Of a stretch of 64,000 nt of DNA, positions 11,681-24,866 are shown piece by piece. Within the stretch, counting starts at the first letter, position 1. Every line of letters starts with the position of its first letter. Below the pieces are notes generated by a model. It worked only from the letters and a program-made list of their open reading frames with translations, was not told where the DNA came from and did not search any database. The translations under genes were made by a program, and so were the position numbers. The stretch comes from the human T2T-CHM13v2.0 reference genome, Homo sapiens, in assembly GCF_009914755.1 (NCBI RefSeq), contig NC_060935.1; one strand, written 5' to 3'.

Positions 11681-13822
11681 GAACAAAAGAATGGACCTGA
11701 TTGAACAAGATTGGACAGAGGTCAGACAACAACTACTGAAGTAATTTTAACAATTAAGAGTTGATGAGGCTATAAATTAAGGTAATGAATTCAAGAGATA
11801 CTAAACAGCGGGATTTCTCAGCTGATCTGTTGTGGGTCAAACAGAAGAAGGAGGAACTGAGGATGACTTCGTAGTTTTTGGCTTGGGCAATTTGTTGAGT
11901 GGTTACCTCATTCATTAAGAAAAAAGAACGAAAATACAGCTCAAGTGTAAAATAATTAGTTCAGTTTTGTAAATCTGAGATGTGTCACAGAAGTCAAAAG
12001 AGAAAGGGTTTCAGGAGGGGCTGCTCGAAATCAAACTGTAGAGCTCCTAATTTACATATAAGCTTAAACTTGTTCATTGAATTTGGCAATTAGGAAGTTT
12101 TGGGCAACCGTAGAACAGTTTGGGTAAAGTGGAGGCAGCAGATGGTAGGTGGACAAATATCTAGGACAGAATGGGAGGGGAAAAGTAAAGACAGTGACTA
12201 CAAACTATTCTTTTAGGAAGTCTGGCTACAAAGTAGAGAGTTAGGGAAGTAGTTACTGGTGGTGGGGGGAGAGTTATATACATGTACAAATTTTAATTTG
12301 GCTCCACATACATAGTTCCAATGGTAAGAGATCTAATACATTACTTTTCAAAACATGTCCTAGTTACCTGCCCCAAACTGAAACCTGGGAGTCATTCTTA
12401 ACTCCTTTGTCTAATCTTTCCCTTGTCTGATAAATACTGTAGATTCTAACTCAGAAATGTCTCCAGAATTTGGTATCTCCTCTCCATCTCCAACAGCACT
12501 GTTTTAAATCAAGCCCTCATTACCCCTGGCATCTTCTATTTTAATACTCTTCTACTTGGTTTTCTTGCTTCCAGACTCTCCTCCATTGTTGCCACAGTTA
12601 TTCTCTCTGCCAGGCCAGAACTTCCCCTTCCCCTGCCTTTTTTTTTTTTTTTTGCCTGCAAACCCTGCCTCATCTTTCATCCCGTAACTCCCAGCTTTAA
12701 TAGTTCCTCTAGGAAAACTTCTCTGCTCTTTCATTCCTAGCTAATTATTCTCTCCTCAGAGTCCTACCTCCTTCACACCTGTTCATGCTTCTTAAATAGC
12801 TCTTACTACCCTAAATTGAGATTACTTTGATTAAAAATAGGTCTGTTCAGCTTTCATCTGAGTTTTAAGACAATGAGTTGTCTTTTTTCCCCTGAATTTT
12901 CAACACCTGGAAAGAGCTTACCACACAGTAAGAACTCAATAAATGTTGTATGAATAAAAGTTTGCTATGATAAACCTTGTTGCCATGACAACAGCGTAGA
13001 AAGGGATGTGTAGAATATATATATTTTTTCTATCTTAAACTTTCCCTCCACCTGAAAGCCAATGAGAAGGAGGAAGAACAGGAGGGAAGCCTGAAAACAG
13101 AATTTTAAAAATAGAATAATTTTTCTAATGTCTTCTCCATTTTTCCCTAGTAGTTTCTTTTTTATTTCATGTGTTGATTTTGAATTCTTCATTCTTATTT
13201 TCTTACAATTCTTCTTGTTAGTTCTCAATACATCTATGACTGATTACAAGTAGTGTGTTCTCATCCCCATTCCTCCTCTCCTCAATTTTCCTCTTCCTTT
13301 CTCATCCGTGTTTCTTTGCTTTAACTCTAATCTATGAAAATTATAGTATCCATTGGATAAAAATGCTTTGACTATTTCATCTAAAATTCTCAGACTACTG
13401 ACATTTTTTTTTTTTTAAGAGTTATAAACCACCTCAGAAAGATCCTCCCAGGAGTAAGCAGTGACAATTTGTTCTTTAAAACAGACATAAAAATTTAGTT
13501 ATGCAATACTTTGACAACTAGCCAGAGGCTAGTGAATGGTAGAATTTCATGATGGAAATTAGGACACATGAGTTCCAGTTTTGTCTGGGGCAAGTCACTT
13601 AATTTTAAGGGTCTCAGTTCCCTCATTTGGACAAGGAAGTTGGCTAGTCAATCTTTAAGGTCTGTTCCAGCTCTACCAACCTGCAATTCTAGACTCTAGT
13701 TAAAGCTGTAAGGAGAGAACCATTGATATGTGGCAAACGGCCTAGTAACCACTTCTTCATAATTCTAAGACAGTAAATATTTATGGCATATTTATTATAC
13801 AACCAGCATTGTTAAGCCACTA

Positions 13823-14150
<328 letters not shown>

Positions 14151-14650
14151 ATACTACTAGATTAAAAGTTAAAATGCCTTGAACTTGAAAAGCAACTATG
14201 ATTATGTTTATCCTTGCTGTGGAATTCCAATCCTGTTGAATAGGTATGGGATGAAATGAGGGAGCATGCTACATAATTAATTACCTGAGATCAGGTAGGT
14301 AGTCATCTTGACAGCAACAAGATCAAAACCTAACTTTTCAGTTCTATAAATCATTTTATCCTTGAACATTCTGCCATCTTATTATGAATGCGTGTATGTG
14401 AGTGTTGAAGAGGTGAGAGTAGCAGAAAACTTAAAAAATAAGTTTTTAAGTTTTTGTTTTTGAGTCTGTAGACTCAAAGCAAAAAAATCAAAATGGAACT
14501 GATGTAGTTTAAATGGCCTAGTTTGAAAAGGAGAATTGAGTTGAATCTCAAAGAATGCTTAAAGATTTGAATAGATAGAGAAGGCAATGGACCAGCATTT
14601 ATGTGATAATCAAAACAATGTTGTGGTGGGGGTGAACTGAATAGAGCGAT

Positions 14651-14654
14651 GTTT

Positions 14655-14687
<33 letters not shown>

Positions 14688-14973
14688 AGACATGGTCTTG
14701 CTCTATCACCCAGGCTGGAGTGCAGTGACACAGTAAACATGGCTCACTGTAGCCTTGACCTCCTGGGCTCAAGTGATCCTCTTGCCTTAGCCTTTTGAGT
14801 AGTTGGGACTACAGGCACATACTACCACATCTGGCTAATTTTTGTATGTTTTGGAGAGACAGGGTTTTTGCCATGTTGCCCAGGCTGGTCTTGAACTCCT
14901 GAGCTGAAGCAATCCACCTGCCTTGGCCTTCCAAAGTGTTGGGATTACAGGAGTGAGCCACTGCACCCAACCT
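14651..14973 (-). mobile_element. AluJ
   Basis: CTCCTGGGCTCAAGTGATCCTC J-type signature. Confidence 0.88.
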
Positions 14974-15133
14974 GTGATTTTTGGATTGTAGTGGAACAGT
15001 CCTGCTATTTTGCAGTGAACACAAGGTAAAGTCGGATTAGATTATGGAGGGCTTTGGAAATCAGGTAAAAGAGTAAATTTAATCTCACAGGCAATAGGAA
15101 AACATTGCAGATAAAAAGTTATTTTGAAGGAAG

Positions 15134-15375
15134 TTTGTTTGTTTTTTTGTTTGTTTTTTTGAGAAAGTCTCGCTCTGTTTAGTGGCTGAACTCACCACAG
15201 ATTTGGCTATCCTGGGCTCAAGCAGTCCTCAGCATCCTGAGTAGTTCTACAGGCATGCACCAACACACCCAGGTAATTTTTTATTTTTTTGTAGAGACTG
15301 TGTTGCCCTGGCTGGTCTCAAATTCCTGGGCTCAGGCCTGCCTGAGATTCTAGGCATGAGCTAGTGCACCTGGCC
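15134..15375 (-). mobile_element. Degraded Alu
   Basis: Partial Alu consensus with deletions. Confidence 0.7.
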
Positions 15376-16234
15376 TGAAAGAAGATTTAATAGAACGTAA
15401 AGTAGCTGAATATAGGCAAAAAGACGAATTTCAGGAGTCCTAAAATTTAGGGGGTCCTAATTTTTGTTATTCAACTTCAAACAGAGATATTTATTCAGCC
15501 CTTTCCTTAATTGTGAAAGAAAATTATCTCGGGGAATGCTATATTATCCAATTGTAGCCCAGTCCAAAGGTGTGGCAGATTTCACAAGATGACTAACCAT
15601 GGGCAAATTTTTTGTTTGCTTTTAATGTAACTGATTCTGTCTTGAGATTCCGTTTAAAGAGAAGCTTAATTTATTTTACCACTCTAAAGCAGCAATTCTC
15701 AGGGAGTTCCTAAAGTGAAAGCTATTTCTAATAATTCTAAGACGTAATTTGTCTTTTTCACTCATTCTCTCATGAGTGTACAACAGAGTTTACCAGAGGC
15801 TACATTCTGTGCAATATTGCAATAGTCTGAATGCAAAGCAGATGAGAATCCAGCAGATCTATATGGCTTCTATTAAACCAGTTAAAACACTTGTAAAAAT
15901 AAAAAAGTGTCACTCTTTATGCTTTTTTTTTGTTGTTAAAAAAGTACATAGTTATTTTTAATTAAAAATGTTACTTATGCTAACATGTGATGTGCTTAGT
16001 GTAAAGGGAACATGAGAGCAAAAAGTTTGAGAACCTCTCCTCTAAAGTGATACTCTCCCATATCTGATAAAAGAAAAAAATTCTACTCTGACTTTGCTTA
16101 TATTTCTTATGTTGATACTGACTGCTCATCGTAGTGATGCTAGATGGTTTATATTCCTCTCAATTGCTTTCTAGCTTATTTACCTCTAATTGCCATGGCT
16201 GACTTTCCAAATAAAGAGGAATGATATTTCTTAC

Positions 16235-16446
16235 CTGCGACAAATAGTTTGTTGCGAGAGGAAGCGATCTGGAAGGTCTGAGGTTCCTTTCCTCTTCCCG
16301 AAGCTGTGTAGACTGCAGCAGGTGGCAGCCGCTTTAGCAGCCAGAGTTGGCAGCCAGGAGGGCAAAATGCACTGGGAGACAATTCCTTGCTGACTGTCCA
16401 GGCAGTCGCCAGGGGAGCAAAGGGCTCAGCAAGCTGGGGAGAGAAT
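16235..16446 (-). other. IL18: IL18 non-coding exon 1 (5' UTR); 5' boundary approximate
   Basis: Ends ...TTTGTCGCAG|GTAAGA (strong donor); matches the remembered IL18 mRNA leader ATTCTCTCCCCAGCTTGCTGAGCC... Confidence 0.9.
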
Positions 16447-17120
16447 GAGGAAGAAGGTGGAGGGAGGAGACTGCTGTCGGCACTCCTTGGGCCCGCCTTC
16501 AAACAGGCTCTTTCCTAGGGCAATGGAAGTCGAAATAAAGTGGCAGAGGATACGAGTACTTCTTTTAATGTAATATCACTATTTTCATGAAATCTTTTCT
16601 TCCGTAAAAGTTGGGGCTCTGTGCCTTCCAAAACCTGTACCTCTTTCTGAGTATCTCTTTCTGACTTTAAGAAAGCACCTCCTTAGTCCATTAGAAGCAT
16701 CTTCTTTTGTCATCTGTCTCTCTTCATTTTCAGACTTCCTGGTCACACTTCAGCACAAAACTTTTTCTTATTTTACAATGCGGAATAATCAGTCCTATTG
16801 GGGTAATTCCTACAATGTTACAACACTTAAAATATTTCTAAAATGTAACATTTTAAAAAAAGGAACATTTTGCAAATATTTTCTTTTACTTTATAACCTC
16901 ATTCAGGACTTCCCCTTCCTCCCAAGCTCAATATGGTGTCAAAGGATAGTTGATACAGGCCATTAAGATTTACTTTTCAGTGGAACAGGAGTCCATTTTC
17001 ATAAAACTTCTTTATCTGCTGTATCAGATGCAAGCCACACGGATACCATCATTAGAATTTTATGTAATAATTTTTACACTTTCTGCAACAGAAAGTAAGC
17101 TTGGGGAGAGGGCTACCAAA
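16447..17120 (-). promoter_or_regulatory. IL18 TATA-less promoter with PU.1/Ets core and the classical -137/-607 SNP contexts
   Basis: GAGGAAG at 16447-16453 next to the TSS; GGAAGTCGAAA Ets/IRF-like element near 16525; SNP contexts at 16594 and 17064 are exactly 470 nt apart. Confidence 0.75.
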
Positions 17121-19499
17121 ATTCAGGTAAGAGGGCAAATATTTACTTGCAGTTTCCAGTGTTAAAACTTTCTATTCCTGGAATGATAGCAAAGACTGAC
17201 CTAAAATATTTGAAATACAATTTAAGGATACATATATTTAGGGCTTATGTTCAACATGTTAAAAAATAGTCTTATAAAATGTAACGTTTGAAGAGCAGAG
17301 TGTAAATATCACAGTCTTGAAAATAATTAGTGGAAACAAAATTTCTTAGCCATTTTTTTCTTGAACATGTGCTAAACTGTATTACTTTGCTAGGAAGGGA
17401 ATTAGCAAGGTGGCATTTTGTTTTTGTGTTTTGCCAGTACAGAGTTGATATAAAAACAGAGGGGTTCCTAGAGTCAGGGAACAAAATGCTTACATAAACA
17501 CTACTTTTTGTTGGTTTGTTTGTTTTAAAAACAAGATAGGGTTTTCATTTCGGGAAGTCATAAAAACATCATGTCCTTCAACAGTGATTACAAAGGAAGT
17601 CTGTGGCAGGGTGGCTGGAAGTGCTTGGTGTGGTGACTATCAGAAGAAAAAAAATAGTACCTTTAAGAAGTATATGATAAGAATACATACGTGACTCAAG
17701 TTGAAATAGTAAGTTTTCACCTTCCAACTGTAGAGTCCAATTGGGCCAATTAACATGAAAGCACGAAGTGGGATCAAGTAGTGATCAGAAGCAGCACACT
17801 AAGCAAGCTCTAATTTTAAATATTCCATTGCCAGTGAATTTTCTCCAGCTGTAAAGATGCAGAATGTGTAATTTACACATTTTGAAGTTTTGGGACAAAC
17901 ACTTTTTTCTTTGATATAGAGCAACAAATGTCTCAGTGTCCTTTGTACTTCATAGAGTTGTTTTCAAAGATTAAATGAGATAATGATGACAGCCCTTTGA
18001 ATATTTTAAAGCTCTAGATAACAATATCATCTCACTTATTCCTACCCATTTAGCTTATGCAATGGAAGTTAATATTTAAAAAATAAAATAAAATAAAATG
18101 TCCATGGTGTTCTCTTAATCTGATGAAAGCATTTATGCATTAGGTGGAATCATTTTTCTTGGAAATATTTTAAGAATCAGATGGACAACCACCTGTTTAA
18201 ATATCATACAGTGTGAAGGCTGTGAGATGAATTCCATGAGTATTTCCCAGACCCTTGGGTTTAATGAACCATTAAAAATAATAACAGCAACCATGATAAT
18301 AAGGAGGAGGAGATAAACACAGTGGACAACTCTACATTTTACCAAGGAAGGACACTAAAAATGTAAGAATTTTTAATCTTTTTATTTCATAAAACTTATC
18401 TCACCTGTGCCCCCCAAATTAGGAAGGACATGGTATCAGAATAAAGCACAGTCACTTTAAAGTGAATATATTTGACTTGATGAAAACTTTATACTGCTGA
18501 AGAGTCTGAAACAATAAAGATAAAAATTAAGGCAAACTAAAACTTCATTCCTTTTCCCTTCATTTTACCACAGAGGGTAAAAATTCAACACAGATTGCTA
18601 TTGTTCTGGGACAGTGTTTTAGACTCCTTACTTCGCCATAGTTATCTAGGCTAGTATTATGTGGCCTATATTTCACAATATTAGCAACTCAGATTAAACA
18701 CATTGAGCGCTTATTTTCTAGGAACTTATTTAAAACAACCGGCTTCTTCACAAACAGCAAATAAATATACACACACAGAATACTTCCAAGACTTAATGAT
18801 AACTAACATTTAATCAAGCAAAAGGAAAAAAAAAACCTTAGTAATGTATGTAAATGTTAAATATAGTTCTCTAAGATGTAAGATTTTGTACCTGGAGCTT
18901 ATGGATGTGTGTTATTGACCTTTGTGTTATGAGGTAATTTGCTTTTTTTTTTCTTCCACATCCACTAACTGGGCGTAAGCTTGGAATGTATATCTTTGAA
19001 ATTGCAGGTCAAAGCCTCCGCATTAAAGCACCCGATGAGGCAAAGCTACAATTATGTGAGCCATGTGTGTTATGCAACACTTTTTGATAGCTGTTGCCAA
19101 TTAGACTTAACTTATTGACACACCCGGGGAAGAATTTTCTAAGAAGGCGTGATTCTGAACGTTTGGTTGCACCAAAGAGGAAGAGGGGGCAGTAACTGAG
19201 GCTCTGGATCTAAAAGCCTTGCTTGTGGGCCAGGGGAACACGTGATTAAAGCCTTCCTGCAAACAGAGCATCTGCAAACGCAGTTTTAAACCCTTCCTGC
19301 AAACAAACCAAGTAAATTTTACTCGAAAAGAGGCCGTGGATGTGCTATTTTGTGTTCCTTTGCTGAGATTCTAAGCTGCTGGGACACACACCGGCCTTGC
19401 TTTGGCAAGTCTTCCTTGTTCTTTCTTGACCAGTTTCAGATTTTTTCCTGGTTCAAACACACACAGGGTGGCAGGGAGAGATTTTTGTTTCACGAGTAT

Positions 19500-19950
19500 T
19501 CCAAGTGGAGGGGAAAGAGCGGGAGAAAACCGGGAAAAAGCTGCCTTTCCGTGGGGCCTGGCTCTGGGAGGCTACGGTGGGGAAGTTGGGGGGGGTGGTG
19601 GTGGGAGAGCTGTCACGTGACTCGTGCAGGGGCTGCTGGGAGTGCGGCGCGCTTCCCACCTCCACCCCCGAAGTCCGAGCACCCCGCGCCCGGGGTCTTC
19701 ACTCCCTCGCGTTCGCTGACGAGGAAGGTCCCCATACCGCGAAGTACATTGGCCTTGGGGTGGGGCTGGAGGGATGGGCGCCTGTGAGAATGTGACGGAC
19801 TGTGACACAAGGAAGGGTGCGAGGATGGAAACTTCCTCTGAGGGGCTCTAGTGGGGCGGAAACAACAGTAGGGAGGAAGTGCGGAGGGGCGGCGGGAAGT
19901 GAGGGAAAATGGAGGTGAAATGGCCTGAGGGGCTAGGATCGCGTTGAGAA
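19500..19950 (+). promoter_or_regulatory. TEX12: TEX12 CpG-rich promoter and probable non-coding exon 1 (~19700-19816)
   Basis: Local CpG/GC enrichment, palindromic E-box GTCACGTGAC 19612-19621, GC boxes, E2F-type GGCGGGAA 19891-19898; candidate donor AAGG|GTGCGA after 19816 (exon limits uncertain). Confidence 0.7.
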
Positions 19951-20854
19951 GAGGGAGAAGACTAGAAGGAGACAGCTGCATGGGGCAGAGGGGACAGTGC
20001 TTAGTAACAGCCAGGTCACTAAGCCTAAGATGGCAGAGCCAGGGCAGTGGTCAGTGTTTGGCACACGACGAAGACCAGCCCGTCCACCAGGCCTGGATCT
20101 GCTGAGGCCTTGAGCCATGACAGGAAAACGAACTTATTTTTGCAGAAACAGTTACTTGATTATAAGTTTTCGTTTGACATAGGTGCACAGTGTTACTTGG
20201 GGAGAGAAGAGAAGGGGGTGAAGGGGAAAGGGAAAATTAGAAGGGGAAGGGAAGAGAGAAAAATCTGCCTGTTGGCTTCTCTGAAGTATTTTCCAACTCC
20301 CAAGGCAAAGTTAGCACTGCTGTGCATGTGTAGTATTTTCTAGATACTATTAATACTATTACAGCACGTAAACTTACATACTATAAAGGTACTGGCAGGA
20401 ATGGAGACGTACGATACAGAATTTACTTAACAAGCATCTTTCAAATTTGTTGTTGCTCTTTCTGTCTTCTATATATGCATATTTTATAGGACTAATCAAA
20501 CAGATGTGTTAAAGTTACCCAAATCAGCATCGTTTCTCAAAAACAACAAAGTCAATTGATAACTTGAATATGGACAGGGCTCCCCTCATCTCAAAGACAC
20601 AGAGACTATACCCTTCCAGGTTTCAACATTTGGACTCCTAGGGAAAATCCCTTCCGAATTTATGGAAAAGTAAAAGTAAAATTTGAAGCTACTTTAAAGT
20701 AAGGTTGGACAGTGGGAATAACCTCAGACTCGAGTGAGATCTCGGTTCTAATTTAGCTCAGTCTTACTGGTGTCACTTGATCCACCGTCACTGTCCCTGT
20801 TTTCTCACTTGTAAAAAATGAGATTGAATTAGATGAACTGTAAGACCTGTTTAA

Positions 20855-21196
<342 letters not shown>

Positions 21197-21597
21197 TAAC
21201 TGAGCCAGTCCTGAAACAAGGCAGAATTGCCAGAGAGACTCATTTGGCTAAGTACATAGAGAGGAGTAGTTGAAAATGATGGGACTAGTAGGCTTGCACC
21301 AGATAATACAGGACCTTGAAGGCCATATCATGGAATTTCAACTTATTCTGGAACAATGAAAGTTTTTGAGTTAAAGGAATGCAGTAATCAAAGTTTTGAA
21401 AGATTACCCAAATAGCAGTTGATAGAATGATTTAGAGGAGGGAGAAATTGAGTTTAGGAAAGTGACAGATAATGACAGTCTAAATTAACATCAGCAGTAG
21501 GAGTGGGAAACAGGGAAGGATTCCAGAGAGCTTGTAGCATGGAGTTTGTACCTAAATCTGGCATTGTTCTAAGCTTTGTAGCTGGTGCCTTCGGAAT

Positions 21598-21660
21598 ATG
21601 ATGGCAAATCACCTTGTAAAGCCTGATAATAGAAATTGCAAGAGGCCAAGAGAATTGGAG
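21598..21660 (+). CDS. TEX12: TEX12 first coding exon (exon starts 21582)
   Basis: [21 protein letters not shown]; acceptor TTTGTAG|CTGG, donor GAG|GTAAGC. Confidence 0.96.
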
Positions 21661-22217
21661 GTAAGCTGTATGCCTATGGAGCCTTAATCTTTTATTCTGT
21701 TTTACATACTACTCAAATTTCTTCCCTTTAAGAAAGCTCTATAGATAAGTGGGATTTAATGTATTCGTATGCCCAGAGCTAGGATTGTCCTACAACATAG
21801 GAGGAACTATGTTGATTCCAGCTGCTTTTTCACTAAGTATAGGCCTCCAAGAAACTATTGGGAGATTTCTTTTTGGTAGCTTGAGATCTAGAGACAGAAG
21901 TGAGTCTGTGCCTTTATGATCCATAGGATTTTATGTAATTATTTTGCTGTGATAAGTAAGATAACTAGGTACTATAGTTACTGATCTTTTTAAAGAGCAC
22001 AGTATCCTGTCTTTTACTACTGCCCCCACCAGTTGATCTTTTGCATTTGGGACATGATTTGCTCCCTTGAAGATTATATTATTTAGCAAAATTTCACAAG
22101 CATTTGGCTACTGTCTAAATTACAGTTTAGCTTCATTGCTATGAAAACATCTACTGGTTCAAGATACCAGACGCTTTTTCAACAGGAGTTTAAAACCACA
22201 TTTAAAGTCTAATTTAA

Positions 22218-22515
22218 GGCTGGGCGCATTGGCTCATGTCTGTAATCCTAGTGCTTTGGGAGGCTGAGGCAGGAGTATCGTTTGAGGCTAAGAGTTTCAG
22301 ATCAGCCTGGGCAACACTGCAATACATTGTCTCTGAAAACAAAACAAAACAAAACAAAATTAGCTGGGCATGGTGGAATGTTCCTGTAGTCCTAGCTACT
22401 CAGGAGTCTGAGACAGGAGGATCACTTGAATCTAGGAGGCTACAGTGAGCTAAGATTGTGTCACTACACTTTGGCCTAGGTGACAGAGCGAGAACTTGTC
22501 ACAAAAACAAACAAA
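22218..22515 (+). mobile_element. AluJ in TEX12 intron 2
   Basis: Diverged dimer consensus. Confidence 0.85.
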
Positions 22516-22747
22516 TGAAAAGCAAAGTCTAGTTGAAAACCAAAATAAAATTTAATATATTGAGCAAGGTGTTTCTTGGGCCTGTAAATTTCCTTAATAA
22601 TAAAAACTCAAATGACTAAGTCATATGCTTTCTAGCATGTTTGCCTTTTTCTGAAAAATGTTTTATTTGCTTTTTCTTAATAAACAAAATGTATATGTCC
22701 TGAAGATCTTATTGACTGTACCTGTTTTCTTTATTTTGTCCTGTTAG

Positions 22748-22859
22748 TCTCCAGTGCCAGATAGTCCACAGCTGTCCTCTCTTGGAAAATCAGATTCATC
22801 TTTCTCTGAAATTTCCGGACTATTTTATAAAGATGAAGCCTTGGAGAAAGATTTAAATG
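22748..22859 (+). CDS. TEX12: TEX12 coding exon (112 nt)
   Basis: [37 protein letters not shown]; CTGTTAG| acceptor, ATG|GTGATG donor. Confidence 0.96.
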
Positions 22860-22951
22860 GTGATGTATAAAATGTTTATATTTCTAAACATCAGTCTTAT
22901 AATGCAGAAGGTTTGTTATATTTTATAACTTAAATGATTTTTCTTGAACAG

Positions 22952-23003
22952 ATGTGAGCAAGGAAATTAATCTAATGTTGTCTACCTATGCAAAGCTTTT
23001 AAG
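22952..23003 (+). CDS. TEX12: TEX12 coding exon (52 nt) with GC donor
   Basis: (D)VSKEINLMLSTYAKLL(S); acceptor AACAG|, donor AAG|GCAAGT; this boundary keeps frame with the last exon. Confidence 0.94.
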
Positions 23004-23363
23004 GCAAGTACTTATAGTATATTCTCTGGGGTCTTTATGTTAGTTTTCTTCTGGAAACTCTGTATTGGGAAGTTTAATTCTGTGGCTGCCAAACCTCTCC
23101 AGTAATTAAAACTTTGGAATTTTTTATTCTACCTCAGTCCCTTATAATAGATTAGTTGGTTATTTTCAGGGAATAGCGTCAACTTTTCCACTAAAAATCC
23201 TTTCTTTTTTACTCTTGCCAAGCTAATACTAGACTGTATATATCTTGGTCTGTAATTAGATGACATTACATTTTAAATTTTATGTAAATACCTCTTTGAG
23301 AAAAATGTTTGATGAAATTAATGATAACAGACTGATATTAAAGATAAATATTTATGTCATAGA

Positions 23364-23713
23364 GAGTCAGCCTTTCATATCCATGAATTCTGAATCTGTG
23401 GATTCAATCAACCACACATTGAAAATATTTGGAAAAAAAGGGTGGTTGTGTCTGTACTGAACATGTACAGACATTTTTTTCTTGTCATTATTTTTCAAAC
23501 AATACAGTATAACAACTGTTTACATAGCATTTACATGGTATTGGTCTTATAAGTAATCAAGAGATAATTTAAATTATATGGCAGAATGTTCTTAGGTTAT
23601 ATGCAAATACTATGGCATTTTATATAAGGGACTTGAATATCTATGAGGGATGTTCCTTTGGTATCTGTGGGGGATTCTGGAACCAATACCCCATGGATAC
23701 TGAGGGATGACTG
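23364..23713 (-). mobile_element. MER2-like TcMar-Tigger non-autonomous DNA transposon in TEX12 intron
   Basis: Terminal ...CCCATGGATACTGAGGGATGACTG followed by TA; internal GTGGATTCAATCAACC; about 350 bp. Confidence 0.7.
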
Positions 23714-24100
23714 TATTTATATTTTACCTATATCTATTTTAAGACCAAATTTAAATACTTTATTAGCCTAATATGTTTTATGAAGTGTTTTTTTTACACT
23801 GCCGGACAGTCATTATACTTGGATAGTGGTTTGTGTGGCTGTAAAAATAATGTATGTAATTGAATATTAGTGTTATAATGTATAAGATACACTTCCTGTT
23901 GTGTCAGGAGACCTTTTTGAGTAGTCAAAAATATTTGTGGGACTAATTTTTTTTTCTGAAGAGTATTAGTAAATTAATGAAGTTCTGTGGCACATAAAGC
24001 CATTTAAATGAAATAGTTAACAAATATTGTGTAATGAAGAACAACATAATGATGTTGTTTATATCTACTTAGTTTAATATACAACTTTTTTTCCTATTAG

Positions 24101-24245
24101 TGAGAGAGCAGCAGTAGATGCATCTTACATTGATGAGATAGATGAACTCTTCAAAGAAGCCAATGCTATTGAAAACTTTCTAATACAAAAAAGAGAGTTC
24201 CTGCGACAGAGGTTTACAGTGATTGCAAACACATTACACAGATAA
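24101..24245 (+). CDS. TEX12: TEX12 last coding exon (synaptonemal complex central element protein, 123 aa total)
   Basis: [50 protein letters not shown]; the four exons total 372 nt. Confidence 0.96.
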
Positions 24246-24812
24246 AATATATACTTGAAATAAGCTGAGAATTTAAACCTATTATTGTTATAATGAAAGA
24301 ATGACATTTATGCTTTGAAAGCTCTCGAGTTGTTAAAGAAAATGTATATCTCGAATAGAGAAGGGGAAACTCCTTGAATTTCTAGGTTTAAAAAGGAACT
24401 TTTAAATTCCTTAATGTTAATATTAATGTTCATGTTAATGTCCTAAGCTGGCCATTAACATGAACTACGTCACTTTTCTTTTGAGGGTCAAATATTTAGT
24501 GCATTTTATAGAAGTGTAAATTATTTAAATCTTATGTGGATTCTTTTATTTTTTCCTTAAACTTCTTAGTGTTTCTGAAACTTCTAAAAAAGGATTCAGT
24601 TAATTTATAATGTTTAATAATATTATACTTTTAGAATATTTTGTTTAAATATCAGATAGTTTTGGAGATAATTTTGAAATTTTTTTTATGGTCAGGATTA
24701 TAAAAGAAGATTAAAACCTTAGAGGTGATTTTTCCAGTTTCTTAGAATATAATGACATAACTGTGTGCTATTTCCATTTGATTATTTTCACTATTAGTTA
24801 TTATGTATGACT

Positions 24813-24866
24813 AATAAAAGCTCTCGGCTTAAAATTATTTTCTTGTGGTAAAAGTAGTAAAATAAA
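24813..24866 (+). terminator. TEX12 candidate polyadenylation signals
   Basis: AATAAA at 24813-24818 and 24861-24866, about 570-620 nt after the stop codon. Confidence 0.6.

Noticed and set aside
16176-16502. 108-aa minus-strand ORF over IL18 exon 1
   Set aside because: Starts at a non-ATG codon upstream of the TSS and crosses the splice donor; not a credible uORF.
19350-20343. Cluster of overlapping ORFs on both strands
   Set aside because: Expected from stop-codon scarcity in the GC-rich TEX12 promoter; no recognisable protein.
24300-24810. CPE-like TTTTAT hexamers in the TEX12 3' UTR (24504, 24544, 24684)
   Set aside because: Frequency is what a very AT-rich UTR would give by chance; cannot be supported without conservation or CLIP data.
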